A stretch of DNA of 64,000 nucleotides from Octopus vulgaris. Lineage: Eukaryota. The translations under genes were made by a program, and so were the position numbers. The notes under the pieces are model-generated. The model searched no databases and was not told the DNA's origin. It saw nothing but the letters and a program-made list of their open reading frames with translations. Where the stretch lies: the NCBI GenBank assembly GCA_951406725.2, contig OX597838.1:5084001-5148000 (forward strand), read 5' to 3'. Below, piece after piece: positions 55,023 to 64,000 of this stretch (its first letter is position 1; each line of letters starts with the position of its first letter).

Positions 55023-55659
55023 TTATGCACATATATACTTTTGAGTATACGTATATACACGTACATACCTACAAACGCACATACACAGAAACACACACAC
55101 ACGCACATGCATACAGACGCATACATGCATACGCTGTCTAATGACCGAAGCAAATAAAGGCTAGAGCACTTAGAATTTAATCATTCTTCGACTTAAAATG
55201 TTCAATGCAGGCAGCTGTAGTTATTGTAGGATTAATAAACTATTTCTGCATAGCGAAAAGCCTTGGCAACCAATTTTAGCGCAAGAGAACATCTTCTTTC
55301 GCTTATGTTATTAAAAATCTCTATGCATTTCTCTGTGCAACATATACTAGCAATTAGATGGGTAACTCACGAAAATTATTCTTAAGCGTATATTTGATTA
55401 CGTATGAATAATATATAATAAACTTTGTGGGGTTATTGAATTTATAATTAAAACTTGATGCGCGTTCTGCTCGAAGCTCGGCCGCTGCATCTCATGGTAA
55501 GAGGGAATACGTATACAGAATATCACATACGTTATTACATTTATACAATGTGGCGTATTATAAACAAACCAGTAGGCGTATACATACACGCAGTCCCCGG
55601 ACACTTGGCTGAGTTAACCTAGTAGTATTCTACTCAGACCTTTGTTTTGTGAGTATGCA

Positions 55660-55820
55660 TACGTGTATTTCTGTGTTCCTTTCTGTCGATGAGCGTAGGC
55701 CCGAAACGTAAAAGATTTCTCACTTCCCGATCGATAAACTAATACATTTGTTTGTTGTTTGCACACCCGTCTTCGTTTGTTTGTTATTTTTCTGTTGTTT
55801 AATTTTTGTAAATTCTCACT
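55660..55820 (+). mobile_element. Family H2 cassette (hammerhead variant at 55679-55714)
   Basis: cttt-CTGTCGA-T-GAGC-GTAG-GCCC-GAA-ACGT-A-aaag. The downstream actaatacatttgtttgtt...gtcttcgt is shared with other H2 copies. Confidence 0.7.
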
Positions 55821-56110
55821 AATAATATATATACTTCGATTAAAGCGACATTATCTAATCAAGTGACTGAAAAATCATGAGCTTACTCAGGCTAGATTCA
55901 AACCAATATATCAACACTATCCTGACTCCCTGCACATCCGATTGAATCACACGCTGTTCCATACATTTCAGTCAAATTGTATGTATACATACTTAACTGA
56001 CTAGTAATGCTTCTAATATTTGTAAACAAACCTTTTGGCTTGCTAAATTACGGACAAAGAGCGACTACGAAATTATTTTAACAATAACTATATAATAATA
56101 TATGATATAT

Positions 56111-56192
56111 ACTCCGATTAAAGCGACATTATCTAGCCCGAGTAAGCTCATCATATTTCAGTCAATAAATAGATAATGTCGCTTTAATCAGA

Positions 56193-56194
<2 letters not shown>
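56111..56194. mobile_element. 84-bp micro-MITE-like element with 25-bp terminal inverted repeats, in a TA context
   Basis: actccgattaaagcgacattatcta ... tagataatgtcgctttaatcagagt. A partial oppositely oriented copy lies at 55833-55897. Confidence 0.75.
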
Positions 56195-56243
<49 letters not shown>

Positions 56244-56579
56244 ACTATATGCTGTTAGATCGTTATCATTGTGTGTGGGTGTCTATACACACACACATAT
56301 ATATTTTGTTCTTTTATTTGTTTAAGTCATTTGACTGTTGCTATGCCGGAGCATTGCCTTTAGTCGAACAAATCGACCGCAGGGCTTCTTCCCTGTTGGC
56401 CTATCTCATAAGTGATGCCTATATCAATTTTAGCAATCCTAGGGAAACGAGCCGCCAATGTTTTTGTATATTTAACAATTCCAGTAGTTATAGTGAACTA
56501 GAGATACTAATTTACATACGGTAGTCGTTATATTAGGGGCTTGTCAACATCGATAGCCAATTGCACACTGTTAGTAAGT

Positions 56580-56795
56580 ATGATTTCTACTATACATACA
56601 GGGACTGAAATTTTGTGGAAGAGGATAAGTCGATTATATCGACCACATTGCTCGAATGATACTTATTTTTGTCGATTAAGAAGGGATGAAAGGTGAAGTA
56701 GTCCTCGACAGAATTTGAACTTAAAATGTGAAGACAGAAGAAATATTACTAAATATTTTCCCCAGCATGCTTACCACTCTGCCAGCTCGCCGCCA
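56580..56795 (-). mobile_element. Old SINE A copy
   Basis: aagtcgattatatcgacc...gaatttgaactt...tctgccagctcgccgcc. Confidence 0.8.
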
Positions 56796-59607
56796 TTGCA
56801 CACCGTTAAGAATTATATTCAATGTTGTTCCTTCAATATTCTTGAACCTCATGGTCTTTGTTCAGTTTAAAGAAGAAACAATCGCAAGCGCTATTCCTCT
56901 ATTTTGTTAAAGGATATCTCTTGTAATTTTTCCACTTCCCCCACATACCTTCATATTTCTCTTTCATTACTTTTAGCAGAAGCAAACATCAAACCTGATC
57001 AACTATTAAAACTTACCATACATCTGTAAATACAGCTTTCTACACGCATTTGCACAACGTAACGTTATACATAGAGCAGTCGAGATGTCTGTCTCTAGAA
57101 TACTAACTTCTTGCTATAATGGTGGTCTTCCTGCAGAGATATTTTTCAATCACTGGATTTTTCCAAAAAAAATAATCAGTATCATATTCACGAGGAAGAA
57201 TCATACGGGTTCACATTAATTAGCTTTCAATGTGACTAAGTAATATATTATTCAAAATAAACGACAAAGTGGAAAATGAAAGAAGTAAATAAAAGTAATA
57301 AAAAGCATGTTATACGCCATGTTGCAGGTTAATTTTGTTGTACAAAATGATTGGGAATATTTTCAATATAAGAGACTAAAAGGTTCCGTATTCTCTCCAT
57401 GTTGTGTAGGCTAATCAAAGGAACAAGAGGGGACAGAACGTTTACATAATACAAAAATATTTAATAGATCTATCTTTGTATTTTGTTTTTTTAGTTTACG
57501 ACATACGCAGGATTTTCCTACGAAAGATAAAAAGAGAATCTGTTCTATTGTATTTCAATGAAGCAAAGTTGAAGTAGAAAATATCATAGAAGATTGGAAG
57601 ACAAAGCGAGAGAATATGAGATACAGTGATATGAAGAGAGACTGAGAATGATATAGAGAAATATAACGATAGAATGAGAGGGCGGAGGTTGAGAGGGAAT
57701 TGGGAAGAAGGAATGAAAAAAAATAGAGGAGAAGTGGCCAGAAGGAATAGAACAGCATGCGTGCTGCAATATCTTTCGTTGACTTCCATTGACATAATAT
57801 GATTCCAATTGTATTCGATATTCAAATGAAAAGTCTGTAGCAGACGCTGTTCCAACAGAATCTTTTTTATCTCCCCCGGAGAAGTTCCATTGTCATTCTC
57901 CCCCATTCACTACCTATTGTAAATAACAGTTGGTCCTTTGATTAGATCTAAGACGCCATATTTGATTCAGAGAGTAGGCTCTTGTCACGATATCCATCAT
58001 AATACAAAATGAGGTGTTCAATGCCTTTGCTGACGAGGGAATTAGTTTTTTTTTTAAACATAGGATGCTTGGGGGAAGTGAGAGAATGTAAATTGTATTA
58101 ATTCCTCATATAGGGAAAAGGTCATTACCTTGCAGAGAGGGATCAATCGATCGATGAAATCGAACCGAATACTTGACTGTTGCTATTGTTATCAACCGCC
58201 ATCAGGACAAAATGTAAAGGAGATCACGGCTGAGCTTTGAGTTCAAGAGAGAAAGCAGCCATAACTGTAAAACTGTAAAAGGCCCCTTGGATGACCTTTG
58301 AACTAATTTCTAAAAGTAAGACGTAAATATATAACTATAAACATTTTATCTTCATTGTTATATTAGTGTCAATCTAACAACTAAGAAATAAAACTTTAGG
58401 TTATTTCAAATGCTTCTGACATATTTCAACCTCTAAAGGCAAAAACACTGCGGTTTCTGTGGAGAAAATATTCCTTGTTACAGTAGATGTAAAAATACAC
58501 TATCTGCCGAATTTTTAACATAAGATAGAATTTTTTCCACGATAACTGCTGCGAATTTTCCTTTAGTAGTTGAAAGTCGTATAGCCAGCTAGAAATGATG
58601 TTTCCTGGGCTAAATAACAGTAGTAATCGTCCTAACGAGGACTGACACGTTATGTTGGCAAATAATCTTTATGACAGAAACATATTATAACTAAGCCTAA
58701 ACTTCACCTGTGCCTAAACAATGCTCGGCATTGATATTGCTGAAGTTTCTTCTTACTTGGCGGCTTATTCCACAGATCAGTCAATGTTACTGACCGTATT
58801 TCAATTCAAGATTCCGTTTTAATTAAGTCTGTTCAGGGTTGCCGCTCTTCGGTAATTCTCATTGATACGGCTAAGGAACTAGAAACGCGTATGGGATCCC
58901 GACAAGTGGCAGCTCTGGACGGACATGCTGTTTTTACACCTTTTTCCATAAGAGATAATTTTTCTCTCCATAGCAACTGCATTGAATTTGCTTTCAGATT
59001 TTGAAATATTTCACAAACATATTTTAACTAAACTAAACTTCGCTTATACTTGATCACTATTTTACTTCTTTTGCCGAACGGCAAAAGGAGCCCCATAGAA
59101 TAAGTAGCAGGCTGTAGGAGAGCGACACAAATAGAAAGACACGCACACACAAGCAAACATACACAAAGACACACACACATAAACACTCACAAATACACAC
59201 ACAGTATTCTTTTATTCCCTTACTAGTTACAGTCATCTGACAGCGAGCAAATCGAACCCAGGACTTATTTTTGTAAGCCTAGTACTTATTCTATCGATCT
59301 GCTAAATTACGGGGACGTAAACACACCAACATCGGTTGTCAAGCGATGGTGTGGTGTCAAGCACAAACACAAATCTATACATACATATACATATATATAT
59401 ATGTATGCATATCAATACGGAGCAAATAATTCACGAGAAAATATTTTGCCAAGATATCAATGACTGTTATTATTTAGTGTAAATCATAATAATTGGATCG
59501 ATAATATAGACGATTGATGGCCTCCAAAAAGCATTAAATAGCTGAAGGATCAAAATTAATCAAAGGACATACTAAGTGTGTCCTTTGATTAATTTCAATG
59601 CTTCAGC

Positions 59608-59658
<51 letters not shown>

Positions 59659-59663
59659 TATAC

Positions 59664-59695
<32 letters not shown>

Positions 59696-59818
59696 GTATA
59701 TATGTATATATGTATGTGTGTGTGTTTATATATATATATAAATATATATATATTATATATGCATATATATGCACAGCCACACACGCACAGACAAAAACAC
59801 ACGCACACATGTATACAT

Positions 59819-59886
<68 letters not shown>

Positions 59887-60486
59887 ATATAAATACATGT
59901 TTATCTATATATAAGCATATATATATATATAATGGATGAGCGTCTTTATTTCAGCCTACTAAATCCACTCACGATTAAGTCAGCTTCGGCTTTAGTAGAA
60001 CACACTTGGCAAAGATGCAACGCAATGGGACTAAACGGTAAACCACGTCGTTGAGAATGAAGTCTCTTACCTACAAGCCTCATCTGCTAAATTGCCTAAA
60101 ATAAATTGATATCAGCATCAGGGAAATTAATAGTAATTGAAGTCAGAATCCTGTGGCTCGTAGCAAGAGTATAAATGAAATATATTTTGCAGGGAACCCT
60201 ACTGCTTTTCAAATGTCACACTGGTCTTGTAATGGATAAATCTTATTCGTGAACGAACGAGTGTGTAATTTACTCATTGGAGAGAAGGAACAGTGAAAAC
60301 TCATTCAAAGTGAAACCCTTTGAATTATTAAAAACCCCGTCGCAAAACAATGACAGCTATAGGAATCTTGATAGAAACGATGTTTTACTTAAAGTAAAGC
60401 TTCATCTCAGATAAATAAACAGTAATAACTTTCATTCCTTATATAATTGTTTCTGTCAATTCAAAACTGTTACTATAACTCTCCTT

Positions 60487-60885
60487 TACTCTTTTACTTG
60501 TTTCAGTCATTTGACTGCGGCCATGCTGGAGCACCGCCTTTAATCGAGCAACTCGACCCCGGGACTTATTCTTTTGTAAGCCCAGTTCTTATTCTATCGG
60601 TCTCTTTTGCCGAACCGCTAAGTAACGGGGACATAACCACACCAGCATCGGTTGTCATGCAATGCTAGGGGGACAAACACAGACACGCAAACACATACAT
60701 GCATATATATACATATATATGATGGGCCTCTTTCAGTTTCCGTCTACGAAATCCACAATACAAGGCATTGGTCGGCCCGAGGCTATAGTAGAAGACACTT
60801 TCCCAAGGTTCCACGCAGTGGGACTGAACCCGGAACCATGCGGTTGGTAAACAAGCTACTTACCACACAGCCACTCCTGCGCCTA
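60487..60885 (-). mobile_element. Full-length SINE family B
   Basis: From ttttacttgtttcagtcatttgactgcggccatgctggagcaccgcc to cttaccacacagccactcctgcgcct. Confidence 0.92.
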
Positions 60886-61062
60886 CATAATATATATGAG
60901 AATATATATCTTTATCTTTCACGTGTTTCGTTCATCAGGTTGCGGCAATGCTGTGGCACCGGCTTTAACTGTATTTAGTTGAACAAATAGCCCCTCCCCA
61001 CAGTAGTTCCACCGTACGCCTTCTGTTACTTCTTCCACATGTACATTCATACAAACATATAA

Positions 61063-61280
61063 ATGCTTCGCCATGATAGATCGTTAGCGTCTAAACAATT
61101 CTCTATTTTGTCTCCCTGTTTATTTTTGTGTTCCTTTCTGTCGAGGAGCTTAGGCTTCCGGAGCATTAAACTAGTACATCTGTTCGTTAATCTAACACAT
61201 CTGTTTCTTAAACTAATACATCTGTTTGTGGTTTACACATCTGTCTTCGTCTTTTTTTTTTTTTGTAAATTCTCACTATA
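61063..61280 (+). mobile_element. Decayed family H2 cassette
   Basis: cgccatgatagatcgttagc...ctttctgtcgaggagcttaggct...tgtaaattctcactata. The right half of the hammerhead is lost. Confidence 0.65.
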
Positions 61281-61695
61281 TACGAATACATATGTATGCT
61301 TCCGTGTATTTGTGTTATTAAGATTCGTTAAAATATTGAGCTATTTGGTTATACCACATGGACGTTTTTGCGGCACTCTCGAATGAGGATGAAGTTATGT
61401 AGGTTCGTTAATATCGTTATGCACAACCTATTTACATTAAAGAGACAAGCTTAATGACACAGCATATGTAAAACCCTTAAACAGCAAGTTTTGAATAAAT
61501 AAATAAATAAATAAATAAATAAATGGTTTGTGCCAATGGTTAACAGGTGAAAAGACGCTCCGTGTTGATAGTGCTCTTTTAAAGTTTGATTTCAGTTGAA
61601 GGGGGTTAGCTTGTGGATTATATATGAACCACACACATAACTTTGTCTGGGTTAAAAATGTGAATATATATATTCCTAAATATATATATATCTAT

Positions 61696-61730
<35 letters not shown>

Positions 61731-62019
61731 TGCAGGTATATATTCACACATATATATATGTGTATATATATATATCTGCATCTCTATATATATATCTACG
61801 TATATATATATGTGTGTGTGTGTGTGTGTATGTGTATGTATGTTTGACTGTAATAATGTGTCTCTGTGCATTACATATGTTGGGATTCTGTGTTCCTTGC
61901 AAGACTGAGATTGTTGTTATTTCAGTATGCTTCTTATTGTGTAAGAAATTTTGTGAATTTAGAATGAAATGCGTAATAGAATTCACAATGATGTTACCAA
62001 CACACACACACGAGCATAT

Positions 62020-62092
<73 letters not shown>

Positions 62093-62521
62093 CACAGATA
62101 CATACACGCATATGAATATAACGAGAGAACCATTTACCATTGTGACCCGAAGCTGTAATTGCCAATATGCAGTAATATTATTTTTGTTATTTATATGTTT
62201 CTTCGTATTCAAGTATTTTTTTTTTATTAGTCAACGTAATAGCTATTTCAGTTCCCTTCAGCGACTTTTAGGAAAATGAATTTTTATATGAAAGTATGTA
62301 TATGTGTTTATGTGTGTGTATATGTGCCAGGGTGTTTGTAATTGTGAGTGTATCCATACACAAACCCATGTTTATACACATATACGGATATATACATTTT
62401 CATTTACATACTTATATGCTAATATATATATAGTAAGAATTTACAAAGGAACAAAAGACAGAGACGGGCGTGTAAAGAGCAAACAGGTGTATTCAAGCAT
62501 GTATACATACATATATACATT

Positions 62522-62610
<89 letters not shown>

Positions 62611-62639
62611 ATTTATGTATGCTTGAATACATCTGTATA

Positions 62640-62696
<57 letters not shown>

Positions 62697-62822
62697 AAAT
62701 GCATATATATGTATATATATATATATACATATATATATACGTGTGTGTGTGTATGCATGTGTGTCTCAATGTATGCGTATATACATATATGTATATACAA
62801 ATACATACATATATATATATAC

Positions 62823-62868
<46 letters not shown>

Positions 62869-62990
62869 ATATATATGCATATAAATGCATATTGCGTAAG
62901 CTCCTGTATATAAATTATCGTACCTAGCACAGATACATACCTATTTATATATACACTCATATGCATCTATCTATTTATCTACCAATCTAT

Positions 62991-63113
<123 letters not shown>

Positions 63114-63814
63114 CATACATACACACATATGTATATATTCATCGTCTATAAATCTGTACCTTCAATTATTTCCACATCTCATGAGAATTCCCACCCCCCA
63201 TTCTCTGCATTGTTACTCTCCTTTTATATTATAGACCAATAATATTTCATAATTTCGCCCTACCTCTCTTCGCCTCTCCGCACTCTCCATCATCATGCCT
63301 TTCCCTCACCATTTACCATTTTACCATTCCAGCATCATACACTTCTTACTGTTTTCCGTTCGGTCTACCAAAGTTATTGTTCGCTCACTGTCATCATTCG
63401 ATTATTAACAAAAAAATATAACAAATTTGAATCAACGAATGTAATTTTAATCAATTTGCTTCCAGGAAATATGATACCCCGGGTATGCTGATACTGTATG
63501 AAATTTGTTCATTTTTTAAAAGATATTATTTATTTCATATATACATTGCTGTTGTTCGTAATATCTTCCATACACATTCTAAACTTCAAGATTTCCATTG
63601 AACATGTTTTTTTTCCTGGTTTAGGGTTTGGCATTTTACTATTGTTCTTCTGAACTGTGCAAGGAGAAATCGTGGAACAATATGAGCGTAGTCTTAGTTT
63701 AGATAAATACATACCTCCATATATCTCTCTTTGTTTCTGACTTTCTTTCACTGCCTCTCTCTTAGTCTCCCTCTCTCTCCACCTATGTATGTATGCATCC
63801 ATCTATCTGTCTGC

Positions 63815-63897
<83 letters not shown>

Positions 63898-63956
63898 CCA
63901 TCTATCAATCGAACTGTCTATCTATCTGTGTGTTTGTTTTTCTAGCAACCAAAATT

Positions 63957-64000
<44 letters not shown>

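Noticed and set aside
57496-57906. 136-aa minus-strand ORF
   Set aside because: The C-terminal part derives from a purine-rich low-complexity tract, and no recognisable domain is present.
58735-58800. Possible CR1/L2 3' remnant (DLWNKPP on the minus strand)
   Set aside because: A single short motif, too weak to call without an alignment.
60924-60945. CTGATGA-AC-GAAAC on the minus strand
   Set aside because: A mutated SINE B 3' end (consensus ...caaatgactgaaac...) with no stem II or stem I.

Overview
Eukaryotic, very AT-rich, microsatellite-saturated non-coding DNA (intergenic or a very large intron). The dense (TA)n, (ATT)n, (ATCT)n and (ATAC)n arrays and the tRNA-derived SINE families point to an octopus (coleoid cephalopod) genome. 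This is recognition from memory, not a database result. No intact host gene is evident, and almost all ORFs in the supplied track are translations of simple repeats. The only real protein remnants are transposon fossils: a Tx1/L1-like RT, two R4/Dong-like non-LTR copies next to (TAA)n, RTE-like 3' ends and a Chapaev3-like transposase. The most notable hidden structure is a set of minimal type-I hammerhead-ribozyme motifs of the Penelope/retrozyme kind. They belong to at least four unrelated sequence families and mostly sit in ~200-bp cassettes within or beside (TA)n arrays. One copy (37614-37686, minus) has an intact CUGAUGA...GAAA core and a GUC cleavage site. Other highlights are a SINE that repeatedly inserts into its own copies at a G[GA]TA[TC]T site, head/tail-shuffled SINEs, a perfect 89-bp local inverted repeat, several 60-90-bp palindromes near TA tracts and a 184-bp tandem array. 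Coordinates were read by eye, so boundaries of decayed repeats are approximate.
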